DNA of 64,000 nt from Macrostomum lignano (taxonomy: Eukaryota). Both the position numbers and the translations under genes were made by a program. Each line of letters begins with the position of its first letter. Position 1 is the stretch's first letter. This document shows, piece after piece, positions 1-11,529 of this stretch. The stretch covers positions 62,001 to 126,000 of the forward strand of contig NIVC01000622.1 of NCBI GenBank assembly GCA_002269645.1. The letters are read 5' to 3'. The notes beneath the pieces were generated by a model. That model worked only from the letters and a program-made list of their open reading frames with translations, was not told the origin of the DNA and ran no database searches.

Positions 1-899
1 ATTTATTTCAATCGAATTACTTACTTAACTACCTAAAATACCTGTAATGTAAGAACCCGCTGGCTCTGTCTGAGAAGCTAATTAAATTAACTGCAGCACC
101 TTTATGAAAGCTATTTTTAAAAAACTACTCCAATCTTGACTTACCTGAGAGACCAATTAAGTCACCTGTTGTAAAGTTATAGTTAATTACACCCGCCTCC
201 AGAAATCTTATCTATCTGAGAAGCCAATTTAAATTATCGGCGGTGCCATAAAAGTTTATTATTACCTGTCTACTTACCTTTAGGGGCAATTAAGTCACCT
301 GCGGTATCCTAAAAGTTAATTACACATCTGCTACCTTTACATGTATCTTATCTATCTGAGAGAGCAATTAATTAAAGTACTTGCAATTAGTCTCGTACAC
401 TTTTGCATTCAGATCAGACTGTTCAAGACTCCCTAATTTACACCTATCAATTCAAGTCATCTAGCTAATGCTGGCTACCTTTACCTAATTAATAATAAAA
501 TATCTAAGCAAAAATTAAATCCCACTACAATTCCTCACAGTTCGTCTGATATATAATTAAAGAGTGGCAGACTTTCGAGGGCTACGAAAGGTGTGAAAAT
601 CATAAAAAATAGTACTAATAAATATTATATTGCATTGATAAACCTTACTAATAGTTCCCTAGCTCAACAATAACTTTATATAGCCTGAATTATAATATAA
701 ACTGCTTTTGCCGTTTTGTTTCGGTTTAACTTCCGTCGCGTTTTGTGTTGTTTTTACCATTTATACTACTGCTGCTGCCGCTAATAAAGACTACTAATAC
801 TATTTTGACAAAACCAAAGTGCAGTTAGTACTTTTTGAAGTGAGCTGTTTGGAAATCTTTGCCTGGCCCTCTCTGCCTTTCCCCCTCCCTCCTATGAAG

Positions 900-3277
900 C
901 CACCGGATGAGGGCCTTGTCGCTAGCGAGAGACTGGCCAAGGCTAAGGCTAGGCAACAGGTACCTAATTAGAGTCCGAATACCTGCAAAATATCATCATT
1001 TATTTATTTTTCTTTCGCGGATGAAATCTTTATAATTGCAGCGGTTTTACCTGCTTTATACATATGTATACATATATTTATATGATTGAGACATCCAAAC
1101 CTTAAAACACCTGGCTTTATGATTGTTTTTATTTATTCCTTCTTTACCTTGTTTATAATTAATCGGTGTTGAGCTTGTGAATTGTATCCGATCTGGTTTC
1201 AATTCTCATTATTGCTGTCGAAAGGTTAAGGCGCTGCTATATAGAAAGTTAGTTATTTATTTAAAATCACCATTGATAAGAAAGCATATCTAATTGATGC
1301 TAATTTTTCTATGGTCGTTGCTAAGGAATTCCCCATTATGGGTTGTTAGATAAGGATTCCCCATTATGGGTTGTTAGATAAGGATTCCCCATTATGGGTT
1401 GTTAGATAAGGATTCCCCATTATGGGTTGTTAGATAAGGATTCCCCATTATGGGTTGTTAGATAAGGATTCCCCATTATGGGTTGTTAGATAAGGATTCC
1501 CCATTATGGGTTGTTAGATAAGGATTCCCCATTATGGGTTGTTAGATAAGTATTCCCCATTATGGGTTGTTGCTAAGGAATTCCCCATTATGGGTTGTTA
1601 GATAAGGATTCCCCATTAGGGGTTGTTGCTAATGAATTCCCCATTATGACTTGTTGCCAAAGGAATTCCCATTGCGGGTTCTTGCTAAGAAATTCCCTAT
1701 TATTGGTTGGAAAAGGAATTCCCAATTTTAGGTTGTTTCTGAGAAATTCTCCATTATGGATTTTTTGAAAAAGGAATTCCTCGCTAGGGTGTTGCAAGAG
1801 GCTTCATCTGTTGCTCAGTGTTAAAAATAGCCAGATAAAAAGCTTAATGAAGTATTGCAGTCGTGAATTTACTGGCCTCGTTAGCTGTTATAATGCTGTG
1901 AAATATTCAACAGTTGATTATTAGATATATTAATTATTCCATTTATATTTCTGCCTGCGGTTCTCTAACTCTGTCTGTCCTAATGGCACCTATCTGCCCT
2001 CTGCTTCTAGTAAATGTATTTATAGTTAATTATTGAATCTATAGAATTTACCTGGCCACCTGGGCAATTTATTAGAGAGTTTAAGTTGTTAAACATTTCA
2101 TTTATTCCAGCATCCGACAAGCAATGCTTCATCCCAGATGGATTTTTGAGTACTTTTCAATGAAATTTTTCAAATTCAATTATATTTGCATTTGCATTAC
2201 CAATTCGAATTACGCACCTAGTTCCAGTTTATTCATCTAATTATCGTATACCTTTCTTTTTAAATTATGTATGCTTCTTGATTTGCTAGCAGCATCTAGC
2301 AGCATAGCTAATAATCAATAATTCTTTTGCTTTAAGAGCACAGATATCAAACAGATAAGCTTTATTCGTGCCAATATCAGCCTATCGTAGTTGCTGAGAC
2401 AGCCTCACTGACTGAAACTTTGTCTCATGTATTGCAGGCATTTCCGGTCTTAATAAATCCGAGGGAAATTCATTTTTTTACATTTGTTTAAGGACCCAGT
2501 GGAGGATCAGGGAGGGCTGGCAGCGGTGGCTCACCTGAAGGATCAGGGAGGGGTGGCTCACCTGAAAAATCAGGGAGGGGTGGCTCACCTGAAGGATCAG
2601 GGAGGGGTGACTCACCTGAAGGATCAGGGAGGGGTGACTCACCTGAAGGATCAGGGAGGGGTGGCTCACCTGAAGGATCAGGGAGGGGTGGCTCACCTGA
2701 AGGATCAGGGAGGGGTTGCTCACCTGAAGGATCAGGGAGGGGTGACTCACCTGAAGGATCAGGGAGGGGTGGCTCACCTGAAGGATCAGAGAGGGGTGGC
2801 TCACCTGAAGGATCAGGGAGGGGTGGCTCACCTGAAGGATCAGGGAGGGGTGGCTCACCTGAAGGATCAGGGAGGGGTGGCTCACCTGAAGGATCAGGGA
2901 GGGGTTGCTCACCTGAAGGATCAGGGAGGGGTGGCTCACCTGAAGGATCAGGGAGGGGTGGCTCACCTGAAGGATCAGGGAGGGGTGGCTCACCTGAAGG
3001 ATCAGGGAGGGGTTGCTCACCTGAAGGATCAGGGAGGGGTGGCTCACCTGAAGGATCAGGGAGGGGTGGCTCACCTGAAGGATCGGGGAGGGGGGCTCAC
3101 CTGAAGGATTCACAAGGATACGTCAGCGCGCACCTTAAGTCTCCCCCCCCGCTCAAGGTACCCTTAAACTCGCTCCCAAACCCGCAGGTGGTGCGCAGCC
3201 TGGACTCGGACCTGATGGACGCCCAGCACCTGCTGCAGTACCAGCAATCCAGGCAGCATCAACAGCAGCCAACCTAA
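900..3277 (+). CDS. Probable last two coding exons of a gene starting upstream of the window (unknown product)
   Basis: Exon 900-959 follows a long pyrimidine tract + AG and ends CAG|GTACCT. Exon 3188-3277 follows CCCGCAG and ends TAA. Both are phase 0 and join as PPDEGLVASERLAKAKARQQ-VVRSLDSDLMDAQHLLQYQQSRQHQQQPT*. No family recognised. Confidence 0.45.
1323..1625. repeat. 28 bp minisatellite AGGATTCCCCATTATGGGTTGTTAGATA, ~10 copies, decaying rightwards to ~1790
   Basis: Direct reading; each unit holds the near-palindrome CCCAT-T-ATGGG. Confidence 0.95.
2503..3105. repeat. 27 bp minisatellite GATCAGGGAGGGGTGGCTCACCTGAAG, ~22 copies
   Basis: Direct reading; explains the repetitive ORFs 2484-3104 (+) and 2478-3113 (-). 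Confidence 0.95.
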
Positions 3278-5604
3278 TAACTTAGCTAATCAAGTGAGTC
3301 ATTTTTAGGTTTCAGTTCTTGGTTTCGAATTGTAGCACTTTGTAAACAGAATGACCATTTCTCTCAATTTTTTAGATCCTGTTCACGCTTCACTCGGCTA
3401 TGCAGCACTGCTTTATTAATATTTTTTTAAAATTAACATTGCCCTATAAAAACTAACACTAAAAATAATGGCTGTGATTTCTGCAATTGTCTATTTTCGC
3501 TCGATTGAGGTCCCCCCCCCCGAAATTTTCTGTCTTTAAAAGTGTGTTTTGAGATGATTTTTTACCTGGTATGCAAGCATTGATTGTGGTAGGCTTGTGG
3601 TGGCACTAGGCATATCTAGAAATGCTTGGTTTAGAATCTATTTTGTGTGAAAGTTTACAAAATTCAAGTATGGTTCAATGGACCCTTATTAATTAATTTT
3701 CCGTTCCCATTGTTTCGTCTTTTAGTTTTTTCCCGCGCTAGCTGGCTAATAAAAAAACAAACGGCTGTTTTTGCTTCTTTCGTGTAATTTTCTTGTTTTA
3801 AGACTATAATGTTTGCAACGCTCTACTGCCGCGGCTGATCAGTAGTCTACTGCGTATAATTCGGTCGTGTAAGTAGTTTCGAATAAATTTTATTTGAGAA
3901 AAATAAACTCTCGTTCTGTTATTTCGCTTTAAATTTTTGTTTGTTATGTTTTTTTTTCAAATTGAAGAGAGCCCTGAGGTTCTCCGCTTCCGTCAGTCAT
4001 CTGTTTTTGCTTTTTGTCATCATGTTTTCTTGTGGCTGCTCCGTCATCCGCTGTAGTGTCATTTTGTCCAGTCGCTTCTAGAACTTTTTTTAGCTTTGTA
4101 TGCCCTTTTAGGACGCGTGTGCGAGCTGGCCGCGTCTTGTGTTGCTTGTTTGTGTTTTTTAACAACTACTAATAGTAATAAAATGTACTTCAAAGCCACT
4201 GTAAGACTCGTGCACTGTGTTTTTCATAAGTTTATTAACGTACTTGTATTGTTTTTTTAATCTGTGTACGGCTGAGTGCCTTTAGGTGGTTCAATTTATG
4301 TAGCTCGCTTAATCATTATATAAAATTTGGTTATTACTAATTAAACGTGATTCAGCATTAAGGACATGCCAGGTGAGTGAATACACCTGTTTCTGTGCAA
4401 CTGTGGCACACTGGCGCGGGTGTACAATAACTGTTCCGCTTTGTTTCTCTCCGCATCAACCGTATAAAAATGTAAAAACTGCGTGTTTAAGTTTGTTCCT
4501 CATTTGCGGAGGGTCGCTAGCCGCTACAATTTTAAATCAGCAAATGCATGTCATTTTGCTCCTCGATGTCTGCTTCAGAGTCAGTCGGCTGATTTATTGT
4601 ATCATCAGTCATAGTCAAAATCGCCCTTCAATGTAATCTGTATTTATAGAATAGCCCTACAATAAGTTTGTTGTTTTGAGCATCTTTTGCGTCAGCTCAA
4701 AAGTTTGCATTGTGTTGTGGCGGAGGACTTCTAAACTAGACAAGCCGAACTGGCACAGGGCTTCTTAGGGCACGATTTATGGTTTACAAAACCTGTTTAC
4801 AAAGCCTGCGGCGCTTCTTAAAGAAACATTATAAATAGACAGCGCAAAGGTCCGCCAAAGAATAGAAAGAATAGGTATAGAAGCTGGATTGTGCTCACTT
4901 GCAAGCGATTCTGACATCAAAGTAGCTATCGTAAACGCTTCTCAAATTGCTCGTCAATTGGCTCGGGTAAGTTAATACGTACTCTATGAGCAAGAGGTAC
5001 ATATTTTTACATGTTTAATTCTCTCGCAATAGTGCCTGGGTTCGATTCCTGCGGCTTAATGTGAATGTCTCGCTTAATGACTCGTCTCGGAAACTCGTAT
5101 ACGGAAGCTGGCCTGGGGTCGTTTCGGGCTATTCTCATTTCTCGCCCATGGGGGCCAAGCCGCAAGGCAAACACAGCGTTACATGTGCATTGCCCGACTA
5201 TATGAGAAGGTTAGTGCCGACGTATGTCCTTTGTAAGCGTGTGCGTGCTCAAGACGACTTAAAGCTACATGTGCGATAGCGTACAAGCCAACGCTGCAAA
5301 ACCCCGCGAAGTCGTAGCTAACTAACCCTTAGCCGTCAGCAGATCCTAAAACTTTCTTGTTCCTTTTGGTAGGACATTGCTATATATTTCCGCCAAACGA
5401 CAATCCGCTGTCCGCCAAACGCGTATCGATTTTTTTGTTTGCTTTTTTGTTTTTTTTCTTGCGGAAAGGTATTAGTTACATGTACATGTACCTTGTAGTT
5501 AGTAAGTTATAGTTAGACAAACCATTCTTAGTATATTCATGTAGTGGATAAGTTAATTGTTTCAAATTTGCTCTCAAACCACTATAGGGCTGGTTGACGA
5601 CGAG

Positions 5605-8600
5605 ATGTCCATCCATTTGGAGGGAGTTGAATTGGACGATATTGAAGCTGAACAGGAAGAAGTCCGCGATGTCGTGACGTGTACTACCGCTAAAACTGTA
5701 TATCAAATAAATGACGCCACCGATGGTAACCAAGTAGAAGATGACAATCGAAAGACCAAAATTAAAGAATTGCATAAAAAGCTTTTCTATTATTCTAAAA
5801 ATCTTGAATTTGAAAAAGCCTTAAAGCATCTCACCGAAAATAAAAAAGAATTTGATGAAGAATACAGCGAAATCAACCAAGTCAAAGACACTGAGAGAAC
5901 TGCCGTGCACTATGCGGCCAATGATGCAGAAGGTGAGCAACTTTTTCAACAGTTGATTGCCCTACAAAACTACAGCGGATTGTCAAACGCAGCAGATAAA
6001 TCTGGTCGCACGCCCATGCATCTTTCGGCCAGGCATCACAGTGAAAAGCAGTTCAAGGCAAACTTCGGGATGCCTCTGTCTGACTCGAAACTTCAGATGA
6101 CTGATGTAAACGGTGCAACCTGTTTGCACTACGCGGCTAGAAATGAAAATTGTTGCGATATTTTCAAGACGGTCATCGAGTCTGTGCCAGACTGTCTAAT
6201 GTGGCGGAGGAAGGACAATGTCACTGTGCTCGACATTTTTATGCGTTATGCCGAGAAAGGCATTGAACAACTGTTTGATGAAGATTGGCGCGGTCTGAAT
6301 GCACTACGAGACGCCATAAAAGATGTGCGGAGGTGCAGAGTAATCGCAAGTACACTTGCATCCACTGGGCGGCAATTAGCAGTGACCCGAGAAAACTATT
6401 TCTTCAAAAAGCGATCGATGCTTTAGAAAGCGACGCAAGTTGGAAGTACTTGACTTCTCTAGGGTCGGATAAGGTGACTCCACTCCATATTGCTGCCACT
6501 GATTGCAATGAAGAAACCGCTAAGTGGCTTCTGTATAAACTAAACAATGAGAGAAGTCTTGAAGATCTGAAGGACTTTGAAGGCAACACTGTGCTACACA
6601 AGGCAGCTTCTAATGAAATGTCGCTGGCCACATTTCTTGACTACCAAGACAAATTAAAACATCCACCGCGAACCCCACATCCATATTTTACATGGCACAA
6701 CAACTTTGGCAAGACCGTGCTTCACATAGCCTTAGAAATGTGCAGTCCTGCAACTCTGAAGACGCTTCTAGAGACCATTGAAAGCTCAGATTTGGAACGT
6801 TTGGTCAAGCTTCAAGACAAAGAAAAAAATACAATGGCACACGATGCCGCAAATAATGAGAGTAGCAAGGTGCTGCAGATCCTGGCAGATCATCTTGGAA
6901 GCTGGAACTTTCTTGCCTGGCGGAACAGCTCAAAGCAGTCCGTTTTGCACTTTGCTGTGAAGCACTATGGAAATATCGACGCGCTACTTGGAGAAGTTAA
7001 GAGATTGAAAACTGAATGGACACTTAATTACGTTGATAACGACGGGAATACTCTGCTTCATTCCTTGTTCCAGACCAACAGAGACGTAGATGATGTGGAA
7101 GCGTTCTGGAAGGCGGCAGAAAGTCTCGTCAAGGCTGGTGTCGATCAATTTGCAGAGCATCATCTCAAAGACACTGGCTCAGTACACTGCACTAAGCGAG
7201 CACTGCCAAGAAATGCTTCGAAGCTTTCTCATTAGCCCAACTGGTTTGCATGCGGTTCATGTATTTGCTGCAAGGCACGACCTGAAGCAGCTTGCTGAAC
7301 CTCTCGCTAAACTGTCGAATCAACAAGTTCAGGATCTACTGCGCCTCCCAGTGACTCAAGCGCACCGCAGCAGTGGTGCAACGGCCTTACACTTTGCCTG
7401 CAAGGCGGGTAATCAAGAGAATATTAGATACCTAATGAGTCAGGGTCTTCAATTGTCTGACGAAACAGACTCCGGTTTGTCTTGTGTTGACTTTGCCGAC
7501 GCTAGCGAGAAACTAGATGAACTCATTGATGCAGTATTTCCTGATGAAGAAGATTGCGATGAAGACGCCGACAGCAACTATGACGACAATGCTAGCGAAA
7601 GATCTAGAGAAATCACACGACAGAGTTCGCTTACCGACGTTAACTTCATTCGTTTATTAGACAAAAGAACTGGAGCTCTCAGGCTCCCAAGTCGAACAAA
7701 AGCTAAAGATTGTCTGGCATCTATTGAGGCGTCAATTGCGTCAGAAGATCTTAGTGCCAAAGAGCAGAACAAGTCGAATGAAAGAAGCGATATGAGTATC
7801 TTGATAAAAGCAATTAAGTCCGACTCCCCAGAGATCTACAGGTGCGCACTGAAACTGTGCCGGGTCACAGCAGAGACCGAGGCAGACTTTCCGGAATTTT
7901 ACAGAGAACGGCTTTTTGACATAAGCAATGAATATGAACTAGGAAATGTTTGTGATAGGTTTTTAACAATTCCATTCAACGAAACTTCAGAATTATCAAT
8001 AATCGATGCAGCTGTCTGCCTTGACAAGATAGACATTCTTATCGATCTTGTGCTCACTCGGCAGTTTGACCTGATTCCTGCATGCATAAATCTGCTCATT
8101 CAGCTGCAGCCGAGAATCGCTAAATCGGAGGGCAAGTCCGAACAGCTTCAGCTGCTGTACAGCAAAGTTATCAGTGTAGCCATGAACGCTCTTGACGCAC
8201 TGTATTCAAACGCTGACGAGGAAGAAAGACAACTTTTGTTCCAGTACATAACTGGCTCGCAATGGGACGATGATTGGGAGACGACTGGTCCCAAGTTTCC
8301 GTGCCGAATGGAAAATGGCTCGACTAAACCCTACACCCTAATGGAAATGATTGAGGAAGCGGGCGATGGCGATCTGTTTGCCAGCGACTGCCTACATAAT
8401 CTGATTGAATCCGAGTGGAGCAACGCCTATTCCCGCTATCGCAGAAATTGCTGCAAACGCAAATTCTCGGTTAAGCCAAGGATAAAATTTTGGATTCACC
8501 TGATCTCCTTTCTAGCATACAACGTTTTTATCGCGTGGTACATAATGGATTTGCCTACGACTTTCAAGTTCTGGCCTGCAGATTTAGTCATGATAGCTTA

Positions 8601-9931
8601 TCTTCTTTCATTTACTTTGCAAGAAGTTCTGGACATCTGCACTCGAAGCAAAAGAAGACGTGCCAAAATATGTGGCATTGAAATAAAAAAATGCCCCGTG
8701 TACTTCAAGGATGTCCTCAACCTACTCGACTGTTCCGCCTTAATATTGATGTGGGCCGGGCTGCTGCTGAAGCTTGCCATGTGGGGCTGCATCTTCAACT
8801 ATGTCACAGGGGTGGACAGCTCCTCGATGTGCAGCGAGACCAACTCAACGGCCTATCAGGCACTCTTCCGCGGTGCGTCAGCTAATCGAACGTGGACCCA
8901 GCCGACTCCGTACAGCGCTTACGCCTGCCAGATGGTTCTGAGCACCGCGTTCCTGCTCTGGGGGTTTCGATCTGTCGCCTTCCTCAGCTACTCGGAGCGA
9001 ATCGGTCCGGTGGTGTCCATGCTCAGGACTTTGATCATCCAGGACTTGATTCCTTTCTCTGTCATTATTGTGATCATATTTTATTCGTTCGGAGTTTTCT
9101 TCTTCAACCTGCTGTATCCGGTTGTCACCTCGACAGAAGCTGACAGAAGCGCGTCTGACTACAGCTGGCATGCCTTTCTGCAGGTGTTCATGCTGCCGCT
9201 AAACCTGCTCTTCACCAACTTTGACGTTCTTCCCACTGAGACGGCTAAAGATAAGGATCAGGTACTGAGAGAAGTGGCCCACCACCTTGGTTACAAGTGG
9301 TTCAGCAGAGTTATGATGTTCGTCTTCCTGCTGCTCTCGAATATCGTGATGATCAACTTGCTGATCGCCCGGTTCAGCTTGACTGTCAGCAAGATGGACA
9401 GCAAGTCTTTAGGAACCTGGAGAAAAAGAAATATAGAAATATTGCGTGAATATCAGAGCTACAGTCCGCTTCCTGCTCCGATTTCTTTTCTGCACTACCC
9501 TATAAAAATGGTGTCGTGGTGCATTAAAAAGAGAAATGATGATAATAACGAGCAAAACAGGCTTTTCCCCGAAATTAAGGTAAGTCTTTGTATTCCATTG
9601 AATTGCAACATTGAGCGGTAAATGTATGAGTGATCAAGAAGTACTTGTACTTTTGATTATTATTTTCTAGGATGCGTGGAACAACGAATCCGATTATCCG
9701 GATAATTACATCGAATTTTTGTTGTTCCAAGCCAGACAGTTCAGACGAATTCGACCGCAGCTGGCCCGGGTGGTGACCAGGAACAAGAGCGACTCGGAAG
9801 CTCTGGTAGCTCACGTGGAGAACCTGGTTTCCACTGCGAACCGCGACCTACACGATCGGCTGGGCCAGCTAGAGGAGGAAATCAATCGAAAGTTCGCGTT
9901 GCTGCAGGAAGCGATCAGTAAGAAAAAGTAG
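5605..9931 (+). CDS. Ankyrin-repeat TRPM-like cation channel (~1,410 aa after frame repair)
   Basis: Three overlapping ORFs (5557-6426, 6285-7235, 7090-9621) give continuous ankyrin motifs (TAVHYAA, TPMHLSA, TCLHYAA, TCIHWAA, TPLHIAA, TVLHKAA, TVLHIAL, SVLHFAV, TLLHSLF, TALHFAC). These are followed by an MHR4-like segment (AMNALDALYSNADEEERQLL...DLFASDCLHNLIESEW), six TM helices, NLLIARF and a TRP-domain-like WRKRNIEILREYQSYSPLPAPISFL. Intron 9580-9670 (AAG|GTAAGT...TTCTAG) leads to coiled-coil exon 9671-9931. Frame breaks near 6320 and 7120-7190. Acceptor at 5586-5587 suggests further 5' exons. Confidence 0.85.
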
Positions 9932-11529
9932 TAGCAAGATTCCTTGTTGTATCAGAAGCAGCTGATGTCTGCGAGTGTGAAAGAAGACGTACTGAAGTGC
10001 TTTGTAGAGTAGATTTTTTCTGCTTCGTGATGTTGAAGACAGTTTCTTTGTTTTTTTTTCACAGCGTCTTAAAAAATGCGCGATTTTACAAAAGTAGCTA
10101 GCTAAACTAACATTTTGTTTGTGTTGCATAACTTTTTAATTTACATTAAAGTTTACCACTTGATATACCATTTCTTAAACTATCTGGTTCCTTGATGTGG
10201 ATTAAGAGTTTTTTTAAAAAGAGTTACTTGTCTATACTTCTCCGATGAGAATTTAGGCATGTAGATCATACAATACAGCATCTTTAACGAGGATTTAAAT
10301 CAATAATACATAAAATAAAATGATTTAAAATGACTCGTAATCCACTCAAAGCATGCCTATATAATGAGGTCAATATATTCGGTATCCAGGATGCGTTACC
10401 CAGTTGCACAGGTTGCACTTATGTTTATATTGTTACTCAATGCGAATTTTATATTTAAATTTTTGCTTGATTTTTAACAAGCTAATATTTATGAATCAAA
10501 GTTCCGACAATTTTCTAAACTTTTCTATCAGTCTATCGAGACATTCTGGACGTCAAATAACGTAAATTTTTTTTGGTAAATTTTCCTCTAAAATTACGTG
10601 TATTTGATGCTCATTTAAACTGACACTCTATAGGCTGTGCCTTCTGTGGACTAACTAACAGATATTTCAAATAGGACTAACTAACAGATATTTCAAATAG
10701 GACTAACTAACAGATGTTTAAACACTTTTAAATTGGAATGTCCATGGCTAACTAAAAAATGAATTCAACAATCGTGAACGCTTCATTATTCAATATTATG
10801 TTTTTTCATTGGACATTTAATTTTATTACTACCTGGTGTGTTCATTCCTTAAACCTTTTAACATCGTTTAAGTACAGGCGTATTTTTAAAAACTGAAATA
10901 GACCTTAATTGAAAGTTTTTTCGAGCACTTCAGTTAAATAAATATGTAGTGTGTGATACTATAAACCTTTTTGTGAACTTAGTGTCTTCGCGTAGAGTTT
11001 TGATGGATTAATTTACATGTAAAAATGAATTACCCGGCTAATAGACACAACACCTGGCGTGAAAAAACATTCGATCCTCAGGCGTAGGAACTTGTGGCGT
11101 ACAGCTACTGAAAACTTTAATGTGTGTAATGAATTTAAAACAAATCTCAATGTGTTTTCATTTCAATTAGCTTTATTATCTTATTCAGCGCGGGGGCACG
11201 GATATTGGATGCTCAGCAACATCGAAAAGTCGCCATCACAGAAGATTCCGTCTGTGGTCGCCACTTTTGAGAGTGCAGGTAAAGTCTCTCAATCTTTGCG
11301 AGTGACGCAACTTAGCTACGCCACGCGGCAGACTTGAGTTCAGGAATGAAATGGTGGGAGCGGCGTGCGAGGCTTGGACGGATTAAAGCTAGCCCGATCA
11401 GTTTTCTCGTATCTTTTATTTCAGAATAGTCCAAGAGAAATTGCTCACTGGCGTATAGAGTGGCGAGTTTGCAATGTTTCTGAGTATATTAGCGCTCGCA
11501 GTAGATTTTGCGACCGTATTTTTTGCCCC

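Noticed and set aside
2478-3113. 200 aa repeat ORFs on both strands
   Set aside because: A 27 bp unit without stops keeps frames open; ORF limits match the array.
4835-4966. Possible upstream exon of TRP gene 1 (…IVNASQIARQLAR|GTAAGT)
   Set aside because: Good donor, but its open frame is phase 0 while the acceptor at 5587 needs phase 1; cannot support it as coding.
6310-7200. Programmed ribosomal frameshifting in the TRP gene
   Set aside because: No X XXY YYZ slippery heptamer or downstream structure seen; sequence error or mutation is simpler.
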